A stretch of 64,000 bases of DNA, taken from positions 3,904,001 through 3,968,000 of the forward strand of contig OY761159.2 in NCBI GenBank assembly GCA_963664395.2, in the 5' to 3' direction. Numbering within the stretch: position 1 is the stretch's first letter; every line of letters starts with the position of its first letter. The notes below the pieces were generated by a model. The model saw nothing but the letters and a program-made list of their open reading frames with translations. It did not search any database and was not told the DNA's origin. Below are positions 30,013 to 38,569 of this stretch, piece by piece. The DNA comes from Candidatus Binatia bacterium. Lineage in GTDB: Bacteria; Desulfobacterota; Binatia; Bin18. Made by a program: the position numbers and the translations under genes.

Positions 30013-31119
30013 TTACTTTCCGTTTTCTTGCTCTACGGTTCCTTTGAGCCGGTGCTCAATACACGTTAATAACCGCTCGGCGTCGGTGACCTCCATAGAG
30101 ATGCGGAGAGCAACGAGCTTATCCGTGGGAAACGGAAATTTTTCCAGCTTCACCAAATCTTTTTCTGTAGTCACCACGAAATCACACGCTCGGCTGGCCG
30201 ACGTAATCGTTTGCCAGTCCCTTTGTGTATAAACGTGATGGTCCGGAAATGCCATCACTTCTACGATTTCTGCTTCCGCCTCCTCGACAAAACGGTGGAA
30301 CAGGGATGGAGCTGCAACACCGCTCACGGCCATAACCCTCTTATGCGCCAACAAGAATAAGGGCAACTCCTGCCACTCTCCACGTGAGGAGTGAATAAGG
30401 GCAGCTGGGCGTGGGTTCGCAAAAAAGTGGAGCTTACCGTGTGTCGGAAGAGATGCTGGGGGGTCCTTGTGATCCTGAGACGTTCCCCCTTTCGTCACAA
30501 TGACAATGTCTGCCCGGCGCATGGAGGTAGACGGTTCGCGGAAGGGGCCGGCAGGGAGCAGCCAACCCGTGTGGCTACTGTGCTGGGCATCAATCAGCAA
30601 GAGGTCCAGGCTGCGGCCTAAGCGCCGATGCTGAAAGCCGTCATCCAGAACCAACACCTCAACACCATATGTCTTTTGCGCGAGCCGCGCCGCCTGGACG
30701 CGATCACGTCCGGCCAGAACGACGCCGGAAAAGGTTCTGGCCAGCATGACTGCTTCGTCTCCAACCTCTTCCGGCGTTGCCTGGACCTGACCGTCCGTGC
30801 CGACTGTTGTGACGCCTGTATTCTGTCCTTTATACCCTCTCGACAGGATGCCGACTCTGTGATGCCGGGCTTGCAGCACCCGGGCGAGCCAGAGGACGAA
30901 GGGCGTCTTGCCCGTCCCGCCGACGGTGAGATTGCCCACGCTAATGATATGGAGGGGCGGCTGCTCGCTGCGAAGGACACCGCTATCATATAAAAAATTG
31001 CGTACTCGAACGACGGATGAGAACAGCAGCGAGAGCGGAATGACCGCCAGCCAGCCTACTGAGCCGAGGAGGCCCTGACGAGTCCATATTTTCCGGATGA
31101 TACTCTGGAAGGAAGCCAT
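30013..31119 (-). CDS. lpxK: Tetraacyldisaccharide 4'-kinase
   Basis: SVGNLTVGGTGKTP, LSRGY, GDEA, LDDGFQH, LPAGPFRE, FPDHH, TTEKD.VK. Confidence 0.96.
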   Translation of the reverse strand: MASFQSIIRKIWTRQGLLGSVGWLAVIPLSLLFSSVVRVRNFLYDSGVLRSEQPPLHIISVGNLTVGGTGKTPFVLWLARVLQARHHRVGILSRGYKGQNTGVTTVGTDGQVQATPEEVGDEAVMLARTFSGVVLAGRDRVQAARLAQKTYGVEVLVLDDGFQHRRLGRSLDLLLIDAQHSSHTGWLLPAGPFREPSTSMRRADIVIVTKGGTSQDHKDPPASLPTHGKLHFFANPRPAALIHSSRGEWQELPLFLLAHKRVMAVSGVAAPSLFHRFVEEAEAEIVEVMAFPDHHVYTQRDWQTITSASRACDFVVTTEKDLVKLEKFPFPTDKLVALRISMEVTDAERLLTCIEHRLKGTVEQENGK

Positions 31120-31126
31120 ACGAGTG

Positions 31127-32428
31127 CTAGGGGCAGGAAGGTGGGGCTGGGCAGTGCTGAAGGACGACACTTAAGGTACGCTCAACCGCCCCTTGTGTTT
31201 GCTCAATGGTCTTACGTGCGCGCGCTCCAGTCTGCTGGCGTAGGTGGGTATCGGTAAGCAGTGGAAGAGCAGCATCATGCAAACTGCGCGCGTCGTAAAT
31301 TTCAATTCCTGCTTGGGCTTTTTTCAGGCTTGCAACAACCGCCGAAAAATTTCGTGTATGCGGACCAAAACAGACCGGAACCCCTGCTAATGCCGGTTCA
31401 ATCACGCTATGCCCGCCCGGGCCCGGGATCAGACTGCCACCAACAAAGACGAGAGCAGCCGCGGCATAAAAACTGGCCAGTTCTCCGAGTGTATCCAAAA
31501 GAAACACCTCAGTGTCAGGCGGTGCAGGCGCGCAGCAAGTGCTGCGTTTGATAGAGCGATAGCCCCTCTGGTGCAACAAAGCGTCTACTTGAGAAAAACG
31601 TTCCGGATGACGTGGAGCAAGGAGTAAAAGAAGTTGGGGAATACGGCTGCGTAGCCTCCGAACGGCTTGGAGTAATATTTCCTCTTCGGAGTCGTGGGTG
31701 CTTGCGCCAATAAGCAACGGTCGGTCGGCAAAACCGGCCTGGGCTAAAATTGCTCTGCCTGCATCTCCGCCTGTGCCGACGCCGTCAACCTTGAAATTTC
31801 CTGTAACCCGGACGCGTCGAACGTCCGCGCCAGCCGCAATGAGGCGCTGAGCATCTTCCTGCGTCTGCATGCAACACGCGCTAATGCTCTGAAAGACTGG
31901 ACGAAAGAAGGAAGCGAGCAGGCCATAGCGCTGTTGTGCCCGTACAGAGAAACGGCCGCTCACCAGGAGGGTAGGGATGTGCCGACGTGCAAGACTCGAT
32001 AACATATTCGGCCACATCTCTGTTTCAGTGAAAAAGAATACCTGCGGCTCGATACGCCTGAGGACGTGACGATTCACCAGTGGATAGTCCAGCGGGAAAT
32101 AGAACACCCCATCTGCTTCGGGACACCGTTCGGTCGCGGCCTGGTACGCCGTCGCCGTGTGCACTGAAACCAGAAGCGGCGTGTTTGGAAAGCGTTCCTT
32201 CAGCGCCCCTAAGAATGGCCGGGTTGCGAGGAGTTCGCCAACGGAAGGGGCGTGGAGCCAGAATGGCGAGGCGTGCCGTGTCAGTTGGATGACGGCTTGG
32301 GGCAGCCGCCCGAGTCGTTGCCCCAAGCCGATGCGATAGCGTGACCTCAGCATGAGCGCAAGGAAGGCAAAGGGAAAAGCGATGACGATGAGCGCGGTCA
32401 AAAGAACGTTGTAGACAATAAGGCTCAT
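31127..32428 (-). CDS. waaA: 3-deoxy-D-manno-octulosonic acid transferase
   Basis: WLHAPSVGE, PLD, ETEMWPN, GNFK.D, ASTH..EE, APRHPER, DTLGEL, GGSL...GGH..IEPA. Confidence 0.96.
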   Translation of the reverse strand: MSLIVYNVLLTALIVIAFPFAFLALMLRSRYRIGLGQRLGRLPQAVIQLTRHASPFWLHAPSVGELLATRPFLGALKERFPNTPLLVSVHTATAYQAATERCPEADGVFYFPLDYPLVNRHVLRRIEPQVFFFTETEMWPNMLSSLARRHIPTLLVSGRFSVRAQQRYGLLASFFRPVFQSISACCMQTQEDAQRLIAAGADVRRVRVTGNFKVDGVGTGGDAGRAILAQAGFADRPLLIGASTHDSEEEILLQAVRRLRSRIPQLLLLLAPRHPERFSQVDALLHQRGYRSIKRSTCCAPAPPDTEVFLLDTLGELASFYAAAALVFVGGSLIPGPGGHSVIEPALAGVPVCFGPHTRNFSAVVASLKKAQAGIEIYDARSLHDAALPLLTDTHLRQQTGARARKTIEQTQGAVERTLSVVLQHCPAPPSCP

Positions 32429-32452
32429 GATGGGCTCAGGGTTGGCTCAGGA

Positions 32453-33190
32453 TTACGAGAAATACGCGTCAGCCTGTTCTGTGATGGTACATAAACGCTC
32501 TTCCAGTTCTTGCCGTTTCTGTTCCATTTGTTCGGGGGTAGCATCTGCTGGAACGGAAATGGGTGCCCCCACCACGTAGACGACTCGACTAAAAGGAAAG
32601 GGGAGAATGAGACGATCCCAGCTCTTGATGCTGGTATGCCACGCAGCACTATACGTGGTCGGATACACCGGGGCGCCTGTGGCTCGGGCAAGCTGGAGCA
32701 CGCCGGACTTGGCTTGCTGACAAGGCCCGCGGGGCCCATCCGGAACAACGATGAGATCGTAGCCGAGTCGATATGCCTCGACCATGCCTTTGAGACCGCC
32801 GACCCAACCGCGAGAAGACGAGCCGCGGATCGCTGCAATACCGAAGCGCTTGAGAACACGGGTCGTAATTTCTCCGTCGCGGTGGATACTATTCATGACG
32901 CAGGCCTTGGGGCCGTGATAGCCAAAGCGCATGAGTATAATGCGGCTATGCCAAAACGCCATGATGACCTGCTCACCACGGTTCCAGCGAGCAATCAAAT
33001 CATCCGCTCCGATTTCATGTTTTCTTGTCGTCACCTTGAGAAACCAGAGGAGGGCGGAAGCGAGGCCGGCCCACAAACGAATTTTTATCTCTGCCCCTAA
33101 TGGGAAGAGCGGCTGCTTGCCGAACGGGTGTGGCCGCTGCGAAGAGTCAGCGGCGGCAGGGACGGCAGGGCGCCGAGTTGAATTCAGCAT
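32453..33190 (-). CDS. DUF374 lipid A secondary acyltransferase (LpxJ-like)
   Basis: AFWH, S.HRDGE, RGSS.RG, PDGPRGP, SWDR...P.PF; lies between msbA and waaA; true start may be downstream. Confidence 0.8.
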   Translation of the reverse strand: MLNSTRRPAVPAAADSSQRPHPFGKQPLFPLGAEIKIRLWAGLASALLWFLKVTTRKHEIGADDLIARWNRGEQVIMAFWHSRIILMRFGYHGPKACVMNSIHRDGEITTRVLKRFGIAAIRGSSSRGWVGGLKGMVEAYRLGYDLIVVPDGPRGPCQQAKSGVLQLARATGAPVYPTTYSAAWHTSIKSWDRLILPFPFSRVVYVVGAPISVPADATPEQMEQKRQELEERLCTITEQADAYFS

Positions 33191-33196
33191 AACGCA

Positions 33197-34936
33197 TTAG
33201 GCAGCCGAACGTGGCACGGCGCGGAATTGGAGCTCATACAGGCGTCGGTAGTGGGTATTCTGTGCCAAGAGTTCTTCGTGCGGTCCTTCTTCCATGATGT
33301 GTCCGTTGTCCAAGACGACAATCCGATTGGCCTTCTGAATCGTTGATAAACGGTGGGCAATCACCAGCACGGTCCGCCCAACCATCAGCTGTTCGATGGC
33401 GTCTTGGACCAAGCGTTCCGATTCGTTATCGAGTGAAGAGGTTGCCTCATCAAGGATTAACACCGGCGCGTTTTTCAAGAGCGCACGCGCAATGGCGAGT
33501 CGTTGGCGCTGGCCTCCGGACAGAATAAGCCCCAGCTCGCCAATCTGGGTCGCATACCCCTCCGGTAGCGCCATGATGAATTCGTGGGCATGGGCGGCCT
33601 TGGCCGCGGCAATGATCTCCTCCTCAGGCCGTTCAGGCATGCCGTAGGCAATATTGTTGCGCACCGTGTCGTTAAACAAAAAGATAGTTTGGGTGACAAC
33701 GGCAATCTGAGAGCGCAGTGAGGCCAGCGTCAGGTCGCGGATGTCTGTTCCGTCAATGGTAATCTGTCCTGCACTGACATCGTAGAAGCGTGGAATCAAA
33801 TCGGCCAGCGTACTCTTTCCGCCACCACTGGGGCCGACTAAGGCCACGACCTGACCGGCGGCTATTGTGAGGTTGACATGCTGTAAGACCCACTCCTCTT
33901 GATAGCGAAAGGAGACGGCGTGGAACTGGATACGTCGCCGAAAGCGAGACAGGCCGTACGCCTGCGGCCGTTCTTGGACATCGCTGCGCTCGTCCAACAC
34001 CTCGAACAATCTTTCTGCCCCAGCCAATCCGCTTTGAACCGCGGTATTCGTTCGGGTGAGATGTTTGAAGGGTTGATAAATGAGCAACATGGCAGTCAGA
34101 AAGGCCACAAACCCGCCTTGGGTACGCTCTCCCTCAATGACGCTCATACCGCCATACCACACAACTCCGGCAATGCCGCAGGCGGCGAGGAGTTCAACCA
34201 TGGAGGGCACGAATGCCTTGAGGCGTCCAGCCCGGATGGCGTGTGTGTACAGCCGATGATTTTCGGCGGCAAAGCGTTCTCGTTCATAGCCTTCCATGCC
34301 AAAGGCTTTGACCACGCGCGTACCCTGGATCGTCTCTTGTAATAATGCCGATAAATAGCCCAGTGAGCCTTGGCCTTTTCGACTCAAACGACGGACCTTC
34401 TGATAGATCCGCATGAGCGGCAGTATGGTTGCGGGAAAGGCAATGAACGCGATACTGGCGAGAACCCAATCCTTTACAAACGCAACCGTCACCAAGACAA
34501 TAAGCGTAGTCGCGTCACGCATCATTGACGCCGTGGCTTGGGTGATCGCTTGGCGAACGAGCAGCGTGTCATTCGTCACCCGAGATATGAGGGTGCCGGT
34601 TGGGTGGCGCTGAAAAAAGGACAACGATAAGGATTGGAGATGGGCGTTCAGGGTATTGCGTAAATCTTCAACGATCCGTTGGCCGACGTATTCCATCAGA
34701 TAGATATGGCCAAAATTACACGCGCTCCGAAAGCTGAAGGTGATGATAATAATGAGGGGGAGGGTCTTGAGGGCAGCCAGATTCTTCTCGGCAAAAATAT
34801 CATCAAAAACATGTTCAACCAGAAAGGGCAGCACGCCGTTTGTGGCGCTGAATAAGATCATACACCCGACTGCGGGAAGAAACGCGCGGTAGAAGTACGG
34901 GCGCAAATACAACAGCAGGCGCCGATAAATATCCAT
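33197..34936 (-). CDS. msbA: Lipid A export ABC transporter (permease/ATPase)
   Basis: N-terminal TM domain, GPSGGGKST, LSGGQRQR, LILDEATS, IAHRLST; lipid A gene context. Confidence 0.93.
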   Translation of the reverse strand: MDIYRRLLLYLRPYFYRAFLPAVGCMILFSATNGVLPFLVEHVFDDIFAEKNLAALKTLPLIIIITFSFRSACNFGHIYLMEYVGQRIVEDLRNTLNAHLQSLSLSFFQRHPTGTLISRVTNDTLLVRQAITQATASMMRDATTLIVLVTVAFVKDWVLASIAFIAFPATILPLMRIYQKVRRLSRKGQGSLGYLSALLQETIQGTRVVKAFGMEGYERERFAAENHRLYTHAIRAGRLKAFVPSMVELLAACGIAGVVWYGGMSVIEGERTQGGFVAFLTAMLLIYQPFKHLTRTNTAVQSGLAGAERLFEVLDERSDVQERPQAYGLSRFRRRIQFHAVSFRYQEEWVLQHVNLTIAAGQVVALVGPSGGGKSTLADLIPRFYDVSAGQITIDGTDIRDLTLASLRSQIAVVTQTIFLFNDTVRNNIAYGMPERPEEEIIAAAKAAHAHEFIMALPEGYATQIGELGLILSGGQRQRLAIARALLKNAPVLILDEATSSLDNESERLVQDAIEQLMVGRTVLVIAHRLSTIQKANRIVVLDNGHIMEEGPHEELLAQNTHYRRLYELQFRAVPRSAA

Positions 34937-34953
34937 AACTCCGCAAGACTGAA

Positions 34954-36078
34954 CTAGCGCTGTGCTAACAAATTGAAAATCAAGCCGGCCGCACGTTTGG
35001 CGGCCCCAGGTTCTCCGAGCTTGGTCCGGACCTCTCGTAATCCTTCTTGCGCAACGCTATATGCCCGTGCATCTGTTAGCAACTGCCGCGCTTCAGCGGC
35101 AATCCGCTCGGGGGTGACTGCGCTTTGCATCAACTCGGGCACAACCTGTCGCTCGGCAATGAGATTGGGCATGCCAATGAACGGGACGCGGACAAACAAA
35201 CGGGCCAACGCATAGGTCACTGGAGCCAGACGATACACAATCACCATGGGCCGTTCGAGCAAAGCCATCTCCAGTGTGGCCGTGCCCGAGGCGACGACAG
35301 CGAGGTCAGCGGCATGCGCAACGTTATAGGTATCTCCTTGAACAACCTGAATTGAGGCTGAGTACGCGCGGACTGTGGCTTCGATTTGGCCGGGGTCAAG
35401 CGTTGAGGCGACGGCGAGAATAAACTGATAGCTGTCTCCCAGAACGGCTGTTGCTTGCAGCAGCGGCGGGAGTAAATAGCGGACCTCTTGGGTCCGACTG
35501 CCCGGCAGCAGGACAATCGTCTTTCGACCGGGATTGAGGTGATACTGTCGGAGTGTATCGTCCCGGGAACGGGTTGGCCGTACGCGATCAACCAGCGGAT
35601 GCCCAACAAACTCAACTGAGCAGCCATGCGCAGCATAAAAGTCCAGCTCAAACGGAAACACTGCGGCAAGCAGGTCCACCCGCTTTGCAATAGTATAGAC
35701 ACGCTTCCTCCGCCAGGCCCATACCTGCGGGCTGATATAGTAAAAGACGGGGACGTTGACGTGCTGTGCGACTTTTGCCAGCCTCAAATTAAACTCCGGA
35801 AAATCAATCAGCACTAGCAAATCCGGGGGATGCGTACGCAGGATATGGGTCAGTGCACGATAGGTCCGCACGATAGCAGTGATCTTATCGGCTGCCTCGA
35901 ATAAGCCCATGCCGGCGATGGTTGCAGAATCAACCAGAATCCGCGTGCCTACCGCCCGCAGGGCCGGTCCCCCCACCCCAAAGATGTCAAGCTGCGGTTG
36001 CCGTGTCTTCAGGGCTAAGACAAGATCGGCTCCGTGCACGTCACCCGAAGCTTCCCCGGCAACGAGCAGAATCCGCAC
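34954..36078 (-). CDS. lpxB: Lipid-A-disaccharide synthase
   Basis: AGEASGD.HG, IDFPEFN, YISPQVWAWR, VGHPL, LLPGSR..E, SGTATLE, PNLIA. Confidence 0.97.
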   Translation of the reverse strand: MRILLVAGEASGDVHGADLVLALKTRQPQLDIFGVGGPALRAVGTRILVDSATIAGMGLFEAADKITAIVRTYRALTHILRTHPPDLLVLIDFPEFNLRLAKVAQHVNVPVFYYISPQVWAWRRKRVYTIAKRVDLLAAVFPFELDFYAAHGCSVEFVGHPLVDRVRPTRSRDDTLRQYHLNPGRKTIVLLPGSRTQEVRYLLPPLLQATAVLGDSYQFILAVASTLDPGQIEATVRAYSASIQVVQGDTYNVAHAADLAVVASGTATLEMALLERPMVIVYRLAPVTYALARLFVRVPFIGMPNLIAERQVVPELMQSAVTPERIAAEARQLLTDARAYSVAQEGLREVRTKLGEPGAAKRAAGLIFNLLAQR

Positions 36079-37061
36079 TAGGAAATCTCCAGGCTCTCGA
36101 TAATGCGTTCGGCCTCTTCCAGGGCTTGGAGGCCGTCCAGGCCACTGACGAGCGGTGTGCTGCGGTCGTGCACGGAACGGACAAACGCTCTGATTTCTTC
36201 TTCCAGCGCATCTTCACCACCTACTGTGCGCTCTTCAAAAGAGAGGTTGGGCAGGGCTGCATCGCTTTCTGCCGGCTCCCGGCGACAAATGCGAATGGTA
36301 TGCGCGCCATAATCTACAACAAGATAGGTGTCAGGCTGGAAAACGCGCATCTTCCGTTCTCGCTTGAGTGCCACCCGGCTGGCAGTAATATTCGCAATAC
36401 AGCCTGAAGCAAAGCGCAGGCGGACGTTAGCGATATCTGGCTCGTCCGTCAGGACTGGTACGCCGAACGCCTCGCGTGACACAACGGGCGAGCGGACCAG
36501 GCTGAGAATAACGTCCAAGTCGTGAATCATTAAATCCCGCACGACGTCAACGTCTGTCCCCCGCTCAATAAATGGCGCGACTCGATGACATTCAATAAAG
36601 CGTGGTGCAGTCAGTATGCCAGTCAACGAACGGAGCGCTGGGTTAAAGCGTTCCAAATGTCCGACCTGTAGTATGCGGCCGTGCTTATGTGCGAGGTCAA
36701 CGAGTTGACGGCCTTCAGCGCCGGTTGCTGCGAGGGGCTTTTCAACCAGGACGTCAATGCCCTGCGCGAGGAAATCTCGGGCCACTGCACAGTGTAATTG
36801 GGTGGGCACGGCTATGCTCACACAGTCTACGTTTCCAAACAGCGCGCGATAATCGGTCTGGGCTGAGGTCTGGCACTCCTGTGCGACTTCTTCGGCCCGG
36901 GCGGCATCGGTATCGACAACGCCCACTAAATCGACGCTCTCTAAATTGGCATACTTTTGGGCATGAAAGCGTCCAAGATAGCCAACCCCAACAATGCCTG
37001 CCCGAAGCGAAACGCTCTGCGTAGATGCTGCGTGTGACGACGGAATCAGCGGGCTGGCCAT
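36078..37061 (-). CDS. Gfo/Idh/MocA oxidoreductase, GnnA-like (UDP-GlcNAc 3-dehydrogenase candidate)
   Basis: GVGYLG.FH, VEKP, QVGHLERFNP, DVV.DLMIHDLD; 1-nt overlap with the lpxB start. Confidence 0.8.
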   Translation of the reverse strand: MASPLIPSSHAASTQSVSLRAGIVGVGYLGRFHAQKYANLESVDLVGVVDTDAARAEEVAQECQTSAQTDYRALFGNVDCVSIAVPTQLHCAVARDFLAQGIDVLVEKPLAATGAEGRQLVDLAHKHGRILQVGHLERFNPALRSLTGILTAPRFIECHRVAPFIERGTDVDVVRDLMIHDLDVILSLVRSPVVSREAFGVPVLTDEPDIANVRLRFASGCIANITASRVALKRERKMRVFQPDTYLVVDYGAHTIRICRREPAESDAALPNLSFEERTVGGEDALEEEIRAFVRSVHDRSTPLVSGLDGLQALEEAERIIESLEIS

Positions 37062-37204
37062 CAGCTAGTTCTCCCAGTGGTGTGACATGCCATGAGGCAG
37101 AGCGCATGTCATCCGCAAACGGTATCCATATCAACACAAAGTGGGGAACAATGCCTGTGACACAGGACAAGAATGATTTGTCTGATGAGCATCAATTCCC
37201 GCAA

Positions 37205-37786
37205 TTAAGACGTAACCTTTTCAGTCAGGGCTTGTGACGATTGCTCCTGTGATGTCTCTCCTGCTTGCGTACCGGGTAGACTCAGCGAGCTTGTCGGGGG
37301 ACCTTTCATCAGGTTGAAGTAGAGCTGAGGAAAGGCATCGGGTTTATCTGTCGAGATTGGCTTCCAGTCGCCGCCGCGGACATAGGTCGCTCCGCCAGCG
37401 TACTCCCACCTGTTTGCTTTCCACTCATAGGTTGCCCGACACGGGATGAGGCGTGGAATCATATTTTTGATGAGAGCCTGTTCAGCTTCCTCCTTAGTCT
37501 CAAAGAAGTCGCTCTGCGTTACTTTGCACGTAAAGGTGACGATACCAAGGGTCTTTTCTGGGTCACGGGTGTCCACAATATAAGTCATATGCCGTATACC
37601 AAAGGTGAGCTTTGCCCACCGAAGCAAGATGTCATCTCGAAAAACGGGTTCCGTCTGTTCTATGACCTTTTGGATATCTGCAATAAATTCCTCCAGGTTT
37701 TTTTTTAAGGGTTCCTTGGCAAAGGCGAAGGATAGGGGCTGAATAAAGAGAAGCAGGTTGACGAGGATAACAATTGTACGCTTCAT
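37205..37786 (-). CDS. Hypothetical exported protein
   Basis: 193 aa ORF with signal peptide MKRTIVILVNLLLFIQPLSFAFA; fills the gap, divergent from lexA. Confidence 0.7.
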   Translation of the reverse strand: MKRTIVILVNLLLFIQPLSFAFAKEPLKKNLEEFIADIQKVIEQTEPVFRDDILLRWAKLTFGIRHMTYIVDTRDPEKTLGIVTFTCKVTQSDFFETKEEAEQALIKNMIPRLIPCRATYEWKANRWEYAGGATYVRGGDWKPISTDKPDAFPQLYFNLMKGPPTSSLSLPGTQAGETSQEQSSQALTEKVTS

Positions 37787-37907
37787 TATAACTTACTCAT
37801 TTCGCTCAGTATCCCGTGCAGCCCCTATTACTAAAACGCTTCTTTGACAATGTAAACAAGCCGAGAGTGGAGACGGTGTTCTGTTGGCTGGCTTGCGGCT
37901 GGCTTGA

Positions 37908-37923
37908 TTCGCCTTTTGTTCGC
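37908..37923 (+). promoter_or_regulatory. Candidate LexA operator, direct repeat TTCGC-N6-TTCGC (ATTC-N7-GTTC)
   Basis: gATTCGCcttttGTTCGC ends 26 nt before the lexA ATG and overlaps a TTGATT -35-like hexamer; resembles the GTTC-N7-GTTC box type. Confidence 0.6.
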
Positions 37924-37949
37924 TGGCATAAAGTTGACAGGAGGTCATT

Positions 37950-38561
37950 ATGACACTGACCCGACGGCAAAAGGAAATCTGGGATTATCTGGCAGCCTAT
38001 GCTGAAGAATATGGCTATTCCCCGACACTTGAGGAAATTGGTGCCCACTTTGGCCTCTCCTCTCTGGCGACAGTCCACAAGCATTTGAGTAATCTCGAAC
38101 GCAAAGGTCTGATTGCCAGAAAGTGGAACCTCAGCCGTGCCATTGAGCTCACGCCGCCTGAGCATCCAGTCGAAGCCGTTGAACTGCCGCTGCTTGGAGA
38201 AGTTGCGGCCGGTGCGCCTATTGAGGCCATAGAAACCGAGGCGAGACTCGCTGTTCCTGTTGATTTCGTCCGCCGCCCACACGACGCGTTTACACTCCGT
38301 GTACGGGGCGAATCGATGGTCGGCGAGGGGATTCTCGATGGTGATTTTATTGTGGTCGAGCCGCGTCCCACTGCGGATAACGGAGAAACCGTTGTTGCTC
38401 TTGTCGATGGCGATGCAACGGTCAAGAAGTTCCACCGAGAAGCGGATGGCATGATTCGTCTCCAACCCGCCAACCCGAGCATGGAGCCGATTCTTGCGCA
38501 GGAAGAGGCTGTAGAGGTGCGCGGCATTGTGGTCGCCGTACTGAGAAAATATGGGAAGTAG
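37950..38561 (+). CDS. lexA: SOS repressor LexA
   Basis: LT.RQ.EI winged HTH (SP.LEEI...FGL.S.ATVH.HL), VAAG cleavage site, GESM Ser, TVKK Lys; AGGAGG RBS. Confidence 0.96.
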   Translation: MTLTRRQKEIWDYLAAYAEEYGYSPTLEEIGAHFGLSSLATVHKHLSNLERKGLIARKWNLSRAIELTPPEHPVEAVELPLLGEVAAGAPIEAIETEARLAVPVDFVRRPHDAFTLRVRGESMVGEGILDGDFIVVEPRPTADNGETVVALVDGDATVKKFHREADGMIRLQPANPSMEPILAQEEAVEVRGIVVAVLRKYGK

Positions 38562-38569
38562 GCTGAGTC

